Of a DNA stretch of 64,000 nt, positions 56,003 through 64,000 are shown in pieces. Both the position numbers and the translations under genes were made by a program. Source of the DNA: a virus. A model generated the notes under the pieces. The model had not been told where the DNA came from. It saw only the letters and a list, made by a program, of their open reading frames with translations, and did not search any database. The stretch is from positions 32,001 through 96,000 of IMG/VR virus record IMGVR_UViG_3300005563_000029, one strand, 5' to 3'. The first letter of the stretch is position 1. Every line of letters starts with the position of its first letter.

Positions 56003-56235
56003 TGGGCCACCTCCAGCTGCTCCCGCGCGGCCACCAGCACCAGGTACCGCCCATGCCGCTCCTCGGCCGGCAGCCCCGCGTTGCGCAGGTCCGCGCACGC
56101 AAGCGCCCACTGCGCGTCGGTCATGCCGGTCTGGTACAGGTCGAGTAGGGCCTCGTAGGCCTCCTGCTCGGTGAGCGCGGACTTGGGCGCGAGCCAGTTC
56201 TGGTCCTCGATCGTGTAGACCTTGCGCACGCTCAT
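55999..56235 (-). CDS. Hypothetical protein
   Basis: Coupled ORF. Confidence 0.6.
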   Translation of the reverse strand: MSVRKVYTIEDQNWLAPKSALTEQEAYEALLDLYQTGMTDAQWALACADLRNAGLPAEERHGRYLVLVAAREQLEVAQ

Positions 56236-56576
56236 CGCGGTTCACCGTCCCGCCCGTCTCGCGCGGCCAGGTCGGCAGCGGCAACGCGGAACCAGTCCTT
56301 TGCGGCAGCCTCGCGGTCCTCAAAGCCGACCGTGGCTAGCGCACCGTTCATTGCGGCGCTGTGGCTGTGCCAGCCCGCTGCGAACGCGTGGCGCAGCGTC
56401 CGAGGTGAGTCGTCCCGCGCCTGCTCGACCCGCCCCAGCCGCTTCAGCTCGGCCAGGACGATGCGCAGGTGCACCGCGTCGGCGGAAGTAAAAACGTCGG
56501 GCGCACACTTCAGCAGCATCGTTAGCGCCTCGACAGCCGCCTCGATGCTGGCGCGGTCGCTGTCGGGGGCGGTCAC
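56232..56576 (-). CDS. Hypothetical protein
   Basis: GTGA overlap. Confidence 0.55.
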   Translation of the reverse strand: MTAPDSDRASIEAAVEALTMLLKCAPDVFTSADAVHLRIVLAELKRLGRVEQARDDSPRTLRHAFAAGWHSHSAAMNGALATVGFEDREAAAKDWFRVAAADLAARDGRDGEPR

Positions 56577-56869
56577 GGGGTGGACTCCCTTTCGATCATC
56601 TTGGCCGACCACTGGGTCGGGTGGAACTGCGACACCTCGATCGCGTCCACAATGCGCTGGCGGTCTCGGGTCTTCGCGCCAGGCCTGCTGTTCAACGCCT
56701 CCATCAGGCCGGTACTCAGCGTCATCACTCGATCCTTCTGGCGGTCGATCGCCTCCACCACCCCGGCCTGCATCGCCTCCACAGTCACCCCGACCCAGTC
56801 CGGGTGAGCGGCCAGCGTCGAATGAACGATGGCGGCCCACTCTTGCGTCGTCATCTCCCGGGCGGTCAC
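56573..56869 (-). CDS. Hypothetical protein
   Basis: GTGA overlap. Confidence 0.6.
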   Translation of the reverse strand: MTAREMTTQEWAAIVHSTLAAHPDWVGVTVEAMQAGVVEAIDRQKDRVMTLSTGLMEALNSRPGAKTRDRQRIVDAIEVSQFHPTQWSAKMIERESTP

Positions 56870-57111
56870 GAGGTGGCTCCGTCGTCCAGCGTCGACAGCG
56901 CAGCCCGCGTGAAGCAGTCCTTCGCCTCCAGCAGCTTACGTAGGCCGACGGTCACCTCCGGGCCGCTCAACGTCTCGGCCATGGTGTGCGCCAGCGCCTT
57001 GCAGACGATGCCGATCTGCGCGTGCTCTCGCGGCAGGAAGTCGTACTCGATGTCATAGTCGAAAAACCGCAGGATCTCGGCGGTCGCGGGATGGATCGGG
57101 CGGTCGGTCAT
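56866..57111 (-). CDS. Small helical-hairpin protein, Acb2/Tad1-like candidate
   Basis: ILRFFDY...LAHTMAETLSGPEVTVGLRKLLEAKDCFTRAA. Confidence 0.7.
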   Translation of the reverse strand: MTDRPIHPATAEILRFFDYDIEYDFLPREHAQIGIVCKALAHTMAETLSGPEVTVGLRKLLEAKDCFTRAALSTLDDGATS

Positions 57112-57126
57112 GATCTGTCTCCTTCG

Positions 57127-57396
57127 TCAGTTCTCGGTCTTGGTCTCGGCCGGCGCGCTCGCGCGACGGCGTAGGACGTCCAGTAGCTCGTCCGGCGCGA
57201 CGATGGCGGCAGCCACGAGCAGCTCGGCCCGCTCGGCGCTGGTCAGCGGCTTCACCGGCGGCGCCGCAGCATCCTTGGCACGGCGCTTAGCGTCCCGCTC
57301 ACGCTCCTCACGCTGCCGGGCCTCAGCCTCGACGCGGCGCTGGTTGTGCAGCTTGGCGGCGGCACCAGAGCCCTGCGGCCCGCTGTAGCGGCTCAC
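57127..57396 (-). CDS. Hypothetical protein
   Basis: GTGA overlap. Confidence 0.55.
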   Translation of the reverse strand: MSRYSGPQGSGAAAKLHNQRRVEAEARQREERERDAKRRAKDAAAPPVKPLTSAERAELLVAAAIVAPDELLDVLRRRASAPAETKTEN

Positions 57397-58016
57397 GTCT
57401 CCGGCCCCTCGCCGCGGATGACCCGCATGCCGCCCTGCCCCGCGCGGTTGCCGATGCGGTACGTGGCGGTCACGTCCAGCCCGGGAAGCCCGCCGTCGTA
57501 GTCGGTGCTGTACGAGATCGAACCGTCCCAGGAGTCGCCGACTTCGACATGGTCTGCCATGTCCCGCAGGACCGCGGCGGTCTGCTGCTCGGTCATGCGG
57601 ACCGGCGCCGGACCGGTGGGCGTTTCCTGCTCCTCCGGCCAGATGCCCGGCCACCGGTACTCCGCGTCGATCTGCACCACCCGGCCGTCCTGCACGATGA
57701 ACCTGGACGGCGGCTCACCGAAGCCCGATTCCCACCGCGCCTCGATGAAGCCGGCGAACTCGTGGTCGCCGAACTGGTCGACCACGGCCTGGATCTCGTC
57801 CACCAGGTTGTGGCCGGAGTATTCGATATCCAGCGGGACAACCGCGTCGGCGGTCGTGCGCACCGTGACGGTCTCACCGTCCTCCGACTCGACCTGCCGC
57901 TCCACGATGCGGAACCGGATGTCCTTGAAGTTCTCGGGGTAGGCGTCGCGGATCTGTTTGCGGGTCAGCGGCGGCGTGATGGTGATGGCGCCGGTGAAGT
58001 GGTTGCTGTAGCCCAT
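57393..58016 (-). CDS. DUF6205-like protein (paralog 2) with C-terminal extension
   Basis: FTGAITITPPLT...HEFAGFIE...RFIVQDGRVVQIDAEYRWP. Confidence 0.75.
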   Translation of the reverse strand: MGYSNHFTGAITITPPLTRKQIRDAYPENFKDIRFRIVERQVESEDGETVTVRTTADAVVPLDIEYSGHNLVDEIQAVVDQFGDHEFAGFIEARWESGFGEPPSRFIVQDGRVVQIDAEYRWPGIWPEEQETPTGPAPVRMTEQQTAAVLRDMADHVEVGDSWDGSISYSTDYDGGLPGLDVTATYRIGNRAGQGGMRVIRGEGPET

Positions 58017-58017
58017 C

Positions 58018-58233
58018 TCAGGACTCCTTGGTCTGGGTGGTGACCGGCGTGCACCGCGGGCATTCGCCACGCACGTCCGGCAGCGGCTGGCCGTAGACCG
58101 CGGCCAGGACTTCGTCTTCGGTGACATCGCCGATCGGCTCATCGCAGCCGTTACAGACGCGCTGCGTGGTGTAGCGGGTGGAGGTCGTGCCGTCGTCGCG
58201 GACAACCTGGCGGGGCGGGGTCGTGGTGCGCAT
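58018..58233 (-). CDS. Small Zn-finger protein
   Basis: CNGC...GDVTEDE...LPDVRGECPRC. Confidence 0.7.
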   Translation of the reverse strand: MRTTTPPRQVVRDDGTTSTRYTTQRVCNGCDEPIGDVTEDEVLAAVYGQPLPDVRGECPRCTPVTTQTKES

Positions 58234-58655
58234 CAGCCAAACTCCAAGTTCGTGTTCTCTCGCGCGCACGTCTCCATGCAGGTCGCGAGCAGAAGCCCGT
58301 TGGTCAGGTCGTAGTCGAAGGTCGGATCGTCGGCATCCCAGGTGACGAGGATCTCCCGCAGTCTCGGCACCACCAGCGCGCATTCCTCGGGCGTCATCTC
58401 GCCGTCGCAGTCCGAATGGTTCAGCAGCGGTTTCAGATCGGTCGTGGCCTCGTCCCAACTTCGGGTTCCGGGTGCTTGGTAGCTGTCGTGAAGGCTCCAG
58501 TCAAGCTTGCTGTAGCCCTGCATCTCGTCGAGGTCTAGCCCTTCGGCAGCGGCCAGGCGGCTACGGAACAAGCCAAAACCGGGGTAGTCCCACTGTGGGC
58601 AGCAGGCGGGGCGTGGCTGCTCAGGCTCTACGCCGTGGCGGAAGCTAACGCCCAT
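58233..58655 (-). CDS. Conserved phage hypothetical protein
   Basis: PLLNHSDCDGEMTPEEC. Confidence 0.8.
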   Translation of the reverse strand: MGVSFRHGVEPEQPRPACCPQWDYPGFGLFRSRLAAAEGLDLDEMQGYSKLDWSLHDSYQAPGTRSWDEATTDLKPLLNHSDCDGEMTPEECALVVPRLREILVTWDADDPTFDYDLTNGLLLATCMETCARENTNLEFG

Positions 58656-59047
58656 TAGAAGCGCCACCACCCGTCGTGGCCTTCGGGCACTGCCGGATAC
58701 TCCGCCAGCATCGGCTTCAGCAGCGCCAGCAGCCGCGCGTTCTCCTCCGGGTCCTGGCCGGCAGCCCAGAAGTTGGTGCCGTCCCAGCGGGCGAAAGGCC
58801 GACCGCCGTAACGGCCGTCATCGTGCTGCTCAAGGAACTGCATCGCGTCCTTCGGGGTCGGACGCTGAATGTCCCACAGCTCGCCAGCGACAGCGCCGGT
58901 CACGCCGTTCTTGCGACGGAACCACACGGCCCGCACCGACGCGTGGGCGTACTCGCCGTTGCGGCCGCCCTCGACGTTGACGTGCAGGCTGGACAGGTCC
59001 ACGGCGTAGGGCCGGTGGGAGAGCACGAACTTGTCCTCGCGGTACAT
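58655..59047 (-). CDS. Hypothetical protein
   Basis: TGATG overlap. Confidence 0.65.
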   Translation of the reverse strand: MYREDKFVLSHRPYAVDLSSLHVNVEGGRNGEYAHASVRAVWFRRKNGVTGAVAGELWDIQRPTPKDAMQFLEQHDDGRYGGRPFARWDGTNFWAAGQDPEENARLLALLKPMLAEYPAVPEGHDGWWRF

Positions 59048-59439
59048 CAAGCCTCCTTCGGCTTCTCGCCGGAACCGGGGCAGCGCGGCGAGAGTCCAGT
59101 CCAGTAGTCGGGCCGGCCGGTAGTGTGCGGGCCGATCGTGCCGTCCTTCAGGACACGCATCTCCCGCTCGCACACCGAACAGATGCCGCGACCGGCAGGT
59201 GTCTTCGCTGGCTCCGGCGGGCAGTCGCACCCGTCGCGCAGGAACTGGTAGTACCGCTCGCGGTAGGTTTCGTGGTCCACACGGCGGCAGGTAACGCCTC
59301 GCGATTCGGCGTCGCGCCGGTCCTTCTCAGTCCAGTAGAAGGCGTTCCACGCCTGCCGCTCGGTCTGAACGTCGGCGGTTGCGGTATGCAGGCCGAACGG
59401 GTGGCCGCACGCGCGGAAGAACAGCCAGGAGTCGGACAT
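59047..59439 (-). CDS. Hypothetical protein with C-terminal Zn finger
   Basis: GICSVCER...LKDGTIGPH...RCPGSG. Confidence 0.65.
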   Translation of the reverse strand: MSDSWLFFRACGHPFGLHTATADVQTERQAWNAFYWTEKDRRDAESRGVTCRRVDHETYRERYYQFLRDGCDCPPEPAKTPAGRGICSVCEREMRVLKDGTIGPHTTGRPDYWTGLSPRCPGSGEKPKEA

Positions 59440-59633
59440 CAGTCGTTCTCCTTCACCAGCGCCTCGTCGAGCACCCGCGCCGCCTCGCTCAGCAGGTCCG
59501 CAGCCCGGTCCAGCTGGCCGGCGCGGGTCTGCCACTCCTCGTCCTGCGAGGTCAAGTCGTACTCGTTTGCGCGGTACCGAATCTCGATGGCCAGCAGGCC
59601 CAGCTTCTGTGCGGTCTTGTCGTTCAGCTTCAT
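59439..59633 (-). CDS. Hypothetical protein
   Basis: TGATG overlap. Confidence 0.6.
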   Translation of the reverse strand: MKLNDKTAQKLGLLAIEIRYRANEYDLTSQDEEWQTRAGQLDRAADLLSEAARVLDEALVKEND

Positions 59634-59911
59634 CAGTTGCTCACCGCCTCGGTGAGCGCCCTACGCCCAGCATCGCTAATCACGCACCGTCCGTCCGGTA
59701 GCTCATCGAGCAGCCCGCGCCACTCAAGCGTCGTTGCGGCCCGCTCCAGCGACTTCCGACGCCGCAGCCACTCCCGGTGGGCGCGACTGCCCCAGTTGGC
59801 CGGCTCCACGGGAAGCAGTAACTTGACCGCATCGTGTCGTTCCATGGGCTCGGTGGCGTCGGCGTAGGCGCGCAAAACAGTCAGGTCGTTCGCGGAGGGG
59901 TCGTAGATCAT
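59633..59911 (-). CDS. Winged-helix-like protein
   Basis: LEWRGLL...ISDAGRRAL. Confidence 0.6.
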   Translation of the reverse strand: MIYDPSANDLTVLRAYADATEPMERHDAVKLLLPVEPANWGSRAHREWLRRRKSLERAATTLEWRGLLDELPDGRCVISDAGRRALTEAVSN

Positions 59912-60441
59912 GACCGCGCCCCCCTCGAGGCCAGCGCCGCCTTCACCGCAGCGTCCCGCCACGCCAGCAGCAGATCCGGCAGGTCCGTCTCGTCGGCCGG
60001 GCGCATCTCGGGCCGGTCGAAGTCGCCCGCGCACTGGTTCACGTAGGCGCCGCCGTCACCGACCGAGGCCAGGATGTCCATCAGCGTCTCCTCGGCCGGG
60101 TCGGTGTCCGGCTCGGACGGCCAGCCGAGGACCGCCTCGACACGCACGACATTCCGTCCGCGGACCAGGACCCGCTCGGCCAGGGTTCCCTGCGGACGGG
60201 CGTGGCGGATCTCAATGCATCCGTTGAAGTTGTGGGCGCCGTAGTGGTCAATGACCTTCTGGAGTTCGGTCTCCAGCCAGCCGTCGGTCCGGCCGCCGGG
60301 GGAGACGCGGATTCCAACGGCGTCGGAGCCGTCGAGCACCATCTCCAGCGCTGACAGCTTCGGGCCGTCCTGGATCTCAGACCACTCGATCGGCGGCGTG
60401 ATGCGGATCAAGTTCTTGTTCGGGTTGACCATGGTCATCAA
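59908..60441 (-). CDS. DUF6205-like protein (paralog 3)
   Basis: IRITPPIEWSEI...HNFNGCIE...RVLVRGRNVVRVEAVLGWP. Confidence 0.7.
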   Translation of the reverse strand: MMTMVNPNKNLIRITPPIEWSEIQDGPKLSALEMVLDGSDAVGIRVSPGGRTDGWLETELQKVIDHYGAHNFNGCIEIRHARPQGTLAERVLVRGRNVVRVEAVLGWPSEPDTDPAEETLMDILASVGDGGAYVNQCAGDFDRPEMRPADETDLPDLLLAWRDAAVKAALASRGARS

Positions 60442-60611
60442 TCTGACTCCTCGTCATCCATCTCTACGCCCGCAGCCACCAGCGCGTCGTAGGCGTTACA
60501 CACGCGCTTCCATGCAACCTGCCTGGCCTTGGTCGGCCGGTCGCCCGGGATCGCAGCCCACGCCGCTTCGGTCTCGGCGTACTCAGCCTTCAGCTTCTCG
60601 ATGTCGTCCAT
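60438..60611 (-). CDS. Hypothetical protein
   Basis: Coupled ORF. Confidence 0.55.
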   Translation of the reverse strand: MDDIEKLKAEYAETEAAWAAIPGDRPTKARQVAWKRVCNAYDALVAAGVEMDDEESD

Positions 60612-61069
60612 CAGTCTTCGTCCTCCGGGTAGGGCCCGTTCGCGAGCCAGATGTCGAACTCGGCTGCGTCGCACACCCGCTTGATCTCGGCATCCGCATC
60701 GACACCGCCGGCCAGCCACACCAGGTGGGTCTTCTTGCAGGGCCACGCCTCGCCGCTGTTGCAGGTGCACAGGCCGTATCCGCCGGCGATGTTCGGCGGC
60801 AGGCAAGCACCGACCTGCTCGGCGAGGTCGGCCAGATCGGACTCCACGCCACCCCGGTTCTCCACAGCGAAGTCGTAGCCGCAGATCTCGGCGATGCGCT
60901 CGAAGTGCGGACCAAGCTGTTCGATCACCGTGTTCAGCGTGGCGATCTCGTCGGCGAGCTCCGTCGGCGCCCACTCGGAATCCAAGCCGACGTCCACGAA
61001 CATCCGGATCATGCCGCCGTTGCTACGAATCAGGTCTGGAAGTTCGGCAAGGGTGTAGGGCTGGGTCAT
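60611..61069 (-). CDS. Hypothetical protein
   Basis: CTCNSGEAWPC. Confidence 0.65.
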   Translation of the reverse strand: MTQPYTLAELPDLIRSNGGMIRMFVDVGLDSEWAPTELADEIATLNTVIEQLGPHFERIAEICGYDFAVENRGGVESDLADLAEQVGACLPPNIAGGYGLCTCNSGEAWPCKKTHLVWLAGGVDADAEIKRVCDAAEFDIWLANGPYPEDED

Positions 61070-61488
61070 CAGTGATCCTCCGCGTGCCATGCGCCGTGCT
61101 TGCGCCTGGCCTCATCGATCTCGGACATGTCGGTAGGGTTGCCGGCGAACAACTCGACCGGCTTGCCGTCGAAGGGGGCACAAAACGCGCACCACAGGCT
61201 CAGGAAGTCGTAGTCCCACGTCACCGAGAACGGGGCCTGCGGCACAAACTGCGGCTTCCGGTACACCCAGTGGCCCGTGTCCACGTACCGGCCGTTCTGC
61301 TTCACCAGCACCGACGTGCCGCGGATGCCGCGCCGCTCGACCTCTTCCCAGGTGTAGTCGGAGAAGCTGGCGTCGACCGCCGTCTTCACCGCGGCCAGAG
61401 CCTGGTACTCGGTGGTGTCGTAGACGGTGATGCCGTCGAGGGAGCTGTACTCCCACACCCAGACGTCGGTCCACTTGGTGTCGCTCAT
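61069..61488 (-). CDS. Hypothetical protein
   Basis: Coupled ORF. Confidence 0.65.
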   Translation of the reverse strand: MSDTKWTDVWVWEYSSLDGITVYDTTEYQALAAVKTAVDASFSDYTWEEVERRGIRGTSVLVKQNGRYVDTGHWVYRKPQFVPQAPFSVTWDYDFLSLWCAFCAPFDGKPVELFAGNPTDMSEIDEARRKHGAWHAEDH

Positions 61489-61763
61489 TGAGGGTCACCG
61501 CCGATCGCAGCGCGGCCAGCATCAGTGATCCGGACAGGATCGGCGTGGCCGTCACCGACGTTGATGAACGCAAGGGCGTCGAGTATGCGGAACGTCTGCG
61601 TGTTGAACACCAGCGTCGTGCCGTGCAGACGCCACCGGCTGCGAGGCTCGGATTCGAAAATCACGCCGTTGCCGTAGTCGCAAGCCGCGATGGCCTTCAG
61701 AAGCTTGATGCCGCCGGGAGTGAGCTTCCGGCCGGAGGCCTCGGTGGAGTACCAGGCGCTCAA
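61485..61763 (-). CDS. Winged-helix-like protein
   Basis: VRITDAGRAAI. Confidence 0.6.
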   Translation of the reverse strand: MSAWYSTEASGRKLTPGGIKLLKAIAACDYGNGVIFESEPRSRWRLHGTTLVFNTQTFRILDALAFINVGDGHADPVRITDAGRAAIGGDPQ

Positions 61764-62338
61764 GACGCACCTCCCGTAGGGATCTGGTCCGCGCGCGGCA
61801 CCCGGGTCCGGCCCCGACTGTATGGCGGCAGCGGATCCGGTACCGGCACCATGATGTGCGTGTAGCCGTCGATCTCGTTGCCGTCGCGGTCCCAGTAGAT
61901 CTGGTCGTTGCGGTCGTCACTCCACTCCGACGTGACGCCGGTTAGCTTCATCTGCGCCTCGGTCAGTTCGCTGGCATACACGTCCTTGGCCGGCCGCACG
62001 TCGTAACTGACGCCGTCAGGAAGATCCAGGTGTGCGAAGGCCGCCTCCAGTTCCTCCAGCAGCGCCACGAACCGTGCCTGCCACGCATGTGGCATCGACT
62101 GCGCCAGGACGCGCGGAATCACCTGATAGGAGGCGTAGGTCAGGCCGAAGAAGTCGTGGACCGGGCCGTCCTCCTGTTCGCGCTGGCGGTTGTACGTCTC
62201 GAGCGCACGGTCGTAGATCCGGCTGGACTCCTGCTCGCCGGCCTCGGACTTCAGCCGGGTGATGGCGTCGTTCAGCTCGGCGGTGGTTCCGCGACGGAAC
62301 AGGGTGATGAGGTCTTGTTCGGTGACGGTCATGATCAT
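61760..62338 (-). CDS. Conserved phage hypothetical protein
   Basis: HDFFGLTYASYQVIPRVLAQSMPHAWQARFV...DPLPPYSRGR. Confidence 0.8.
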   Translation of the reverse strand: MIMTVTEQDLITLFRRGTTAELNDAITRLKSEAGEQESSRIYDRALETYNRQREQEDGPVHDFFGLTYASYQVIPRVLAQSMPHAWQARFVALLEELEAAFAHLDLPDGVSYDVRPAKDVYASELTEAQMKLTGVTSEWSDDRNDQIYWDRDGNEIDGYTHIMVPVPDPLPPYSRGRTRVPRADQIPTGGAS

Positions 62339-62520
62339 GCCTCTCGTTCCACGCCGTTGGCGTCGTCGAGTTCGTTCAGGGCCTGGACCCACATACGCCG
62401 GCCTTCGGTCTCGCCGTAGGTCTTCAGCAGGTCGGGATAGATCCGAAGTGCACTGTCGCCGGACGGGTCCCGCTCGTCGGCGTTGCGGATGCGGATCGCA
62501 GTCGGGCTGAGCTTGGTCAT
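62335..62520 (-). CDS. Hypothetical protein
   Basis: ATGA overlap. Confidence 0.55.
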   Translation of the reverse strand: MTKLSPTAIRIRNADERDPSGDSALRIYPDLLKTYGETEGRRMWVQALNELDDANGVEREA

Positions 62521-62879
62521 CGCGGGTCGCCGCCGCCCAACTTCGCGGTGTTGAACGCGCAGGACTTGGGGTCGATGCCGTCGCAGTTGTCGCAGGAATG
62601 AGCGGCGACTTCTGCTCGCGTCTTGGCCTCAGCAAGAACGGCGTCGTACATGTCCACGTGGCCGCACGGGTTAGTCCACACCTGAACGCTGTACCACCCA
62701 CCGTCGTCGCACTGTCGGTGCCACCGGGGCTCTCCACGCTTGCCGCCGCACTGCGGGCAGTAGGCGGAAATGGTGACTTCGCGGGTAAGCGGCGATGCAT
62801 AGCCGCGGCCCCAGTACGCGGCTTCGGTCAACGTGTCGTGAACGGTAACCGTCATGGTTTCGTCGGTAGCGATGGTCAT
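62517..62879 (-). CDS. Hypothetical Zn-binding protein
   Basis: CPQCGGKRGEP...WTNPCGHVDMY. Confidence 0.7.
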   Translation of the reverse strand: MTIATDETMTVTVHDTLTEAAYWGRGYASPLTREVTISAYCPQCGGKRGEPRWHRQCDDGGWYSVQVWTNPCGHVDMYDAVLAEAKTRAEVAAHSCDNCDGIDPKSCAFNTAKLGGGDPR

Positions 62880-62915
62880 GCTGGCCTCCTTCGGCCGTTG
62901 CTGTTTGTCTGCATG

Positions 62916-63001
62916 TGGTGCCGCGCCCGGGTTCGAACCCGGAACCTCGCCGCCCCGTGTGCAACCCGGGGCGGACGCTCTGGCCAGTTGAGCTACACGG
63001 C
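62916..63001 (-). tRNA. Atypical tRNA / tRNA-like RNA with elongated anticodon arm (anticodon ambiguous, TGC or GCA)
   Basis: GCCGTG-TA-GCTC-AACTGGCCA-GAGC; 8-bp CCGCCCCG/CGGGGCGG stem with GGTTGCACA loop; GGTTCGAAC; CGCGGC-A-CCA. Confidence 0.7.
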
Positions 63002-63027
63002 TTGGGCCGCACAAGGCGGCCGGTGGA

Positions 63028-63324
63028 TCAGAAGCTGACGATCGAGTTGGTCACGCTGATCCGGGATCGCGCCGACCCGTACTTCGAGGCGGCGGTCCGA
63101 ATCAACGAGCCATTGAACTCGAAGCTGGACAGTGCCTCGATCAGCGCACGAACCTCAAGGACGACGGACAACGTCGACAATGGCGGGTTGTTGCCGGGCA
63201 CAATCGCCGTACCGTCGCGACTCACCCGCACGTAGCTGGTATCCGGGATGCGGTCCAGGTCGTCGCGGCCGGCGGCCGGGCTGATGGCGATGTGGCCGAT
63301 CAGGGTAGCTTCGGTGGTCTCCAT
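63028..63324 (-). CDS. Divergent DUF6205-like protein (paralog 4)
   Basis: LIGHIAISPA...FEFNGSL...SRISV. Confidence 0.55.
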   Translation of the reverse strand: METTEATLIGHIAISPAAGRDDLDRIPDTSYVRVSRDGTAIVPGNNPPLSTLSVVLEVRALIEALSSFEFNGSLIRTAASKYGSARSRISVTNSIVSF

Positions 63325-63325
63325 G

Positions 63326-63553
63326 TCAGGACTCCTTGGATTCCTTGGGTTCGGATACCAGCTGGTAGCCGCGCAGCCCGCGCTCGTCGTACATCACGCG
63401 GGACTTGCGGCCGAGGCCGGTCGGGCTTTGAACGATCGCGTACCGGATGCCGTCGACCTCAAGGATCCGGACGGTCCGGCCGGCGCTGCGACGGTCCTTG
63501 TCGGCCCAGATCTGGCCGGGGACGACCTTGATGGGCGGGTTGCTGGTGGGCAT
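63326..63553 (-). CDS. SH3-like hypothetical protein
   Basis: VVPGQIWADKDRRSAGRTVRILEV. Confidence 0.7.
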   Translation of the reverse strand: MPTSNPPIKVVPGQIWADKDRRSAGRTVRILEVDGIRYAIVQSPTGLGRKSRVMYDERGLRGYQLVSEPKESKES

Positions 63554-63554
63554 G

Positions 63555-63716
63555 TCAGGACTCCTTCGGCTTCTGGCCCCAGCCGGAGCAGCGGGGATAC
63601 CAGATCGAGGTGGTGGCCTTGCGCTTGTCGCTGTGCATCCCGACCGTTCCGTCCTTCAGGAGACTCAGGTCCTTGCGCTCGCACACCGAGCAGGTGCCGG
63701 TTCCGTACTTGGCCAT
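63555..63716 (-). CDS. Small Zn-finger protein
   Basis: GTCSVCER...LKDGTVGMH...RCSGWG. Confidence 0.65.
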   Translation of the reverse strand: MAKYGTGTCSVCERKDLSLLKDGTVGMHSDKRKATTSIWYPRCSGWGQKPKES

Positions 63717-63717
63717 G

Positions 63718-63933
63718 TCAGACCTCTTCTCGTTCAATGCCGAGCGTCTCGGCGATCCGGTCAAGCGTCGCGTCCAGCGCCGCGAACTTCAGGTTCGCGT
63801 CCACCACCAGGTGGTACAGCTCCGCCGGCACCATGTGCGGGTCCACGACCGTATGGGAGAACAGGCGGAGCAGGGAGCCGTTCTCACGGTCTATTGCGGC
63901 GGTGAAGTCGGCGGGGGTCCAGCGGGTGGTCAT
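63718..63933 (-). CDS. Hypothetical protein
   Basis: Coupled ORF. Confidence 0.55.
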   Translation of the reverse strand: MTTRWTPADFTAAIDRENGSLLRLFSHTVVDPHMVPAELYHLVVDANLKFAALDATLDRIAETLGIEREEV

Positions 63934-64000
63934 CGAGACCACGACTCGCCGTGCCGGGTGCCGTTGCACTCGCAGTCGCAGGTATCGGAGGTGGCGTTGT

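Noticed and set aside
1-64000. CRISPR array or Cas genes
   Set aside because: No regularly spaced repeat-spacer arrays or Cas motifs were seen.
1-64000. Genome-wide TAG reassignment
   Set aside because: Many genes end cleanly at TAG with the next gene or terminator following; only two apparent internal ambers were found.

Overview
High-GC actinobacterial phage, prophage or phage-plasmid segment made almost entirely of small, tightly coupled genes. No integrase or host housekeeping genes are visible in this window. Left end (minus strand): terminase large subunit running off the window edge, small-terminase-like and virion-like genes. The terminase carries an intein with an endonuclease VII gene nested inside it in a different reading frame. 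About 10-21 kb is a Streptomyces plasmid/AICE-type transfer module (FtsK/TraB, SpdA-like, excisionase-like HTH, GntR/KorSA-like, RapZ-like). It is followed by a probable toxin-antitoxin pair, a replication initiator with internal iteron-like repeats, GIY-YIG and HNH nucleases, and long arrays of hypothetical genes including Ku and ImuA'-like. The most unusual signals are non-coding or translation-related. One is a ~400-nt RNA with two circularly permuted tRNA-like modules directly downstream of a DUF7873-like gene. Others are two tRNA-like RNAs with abnormal anticodon arms, a ~290-nt structured RNA candidate, a release-factor-like domain lacking GGQ, and two genes interrupted by in-frame TAG. 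All family names come from motif recognition and recall, not from database searches. Start codons were adjusted by eye from RBS and gene overlaps.
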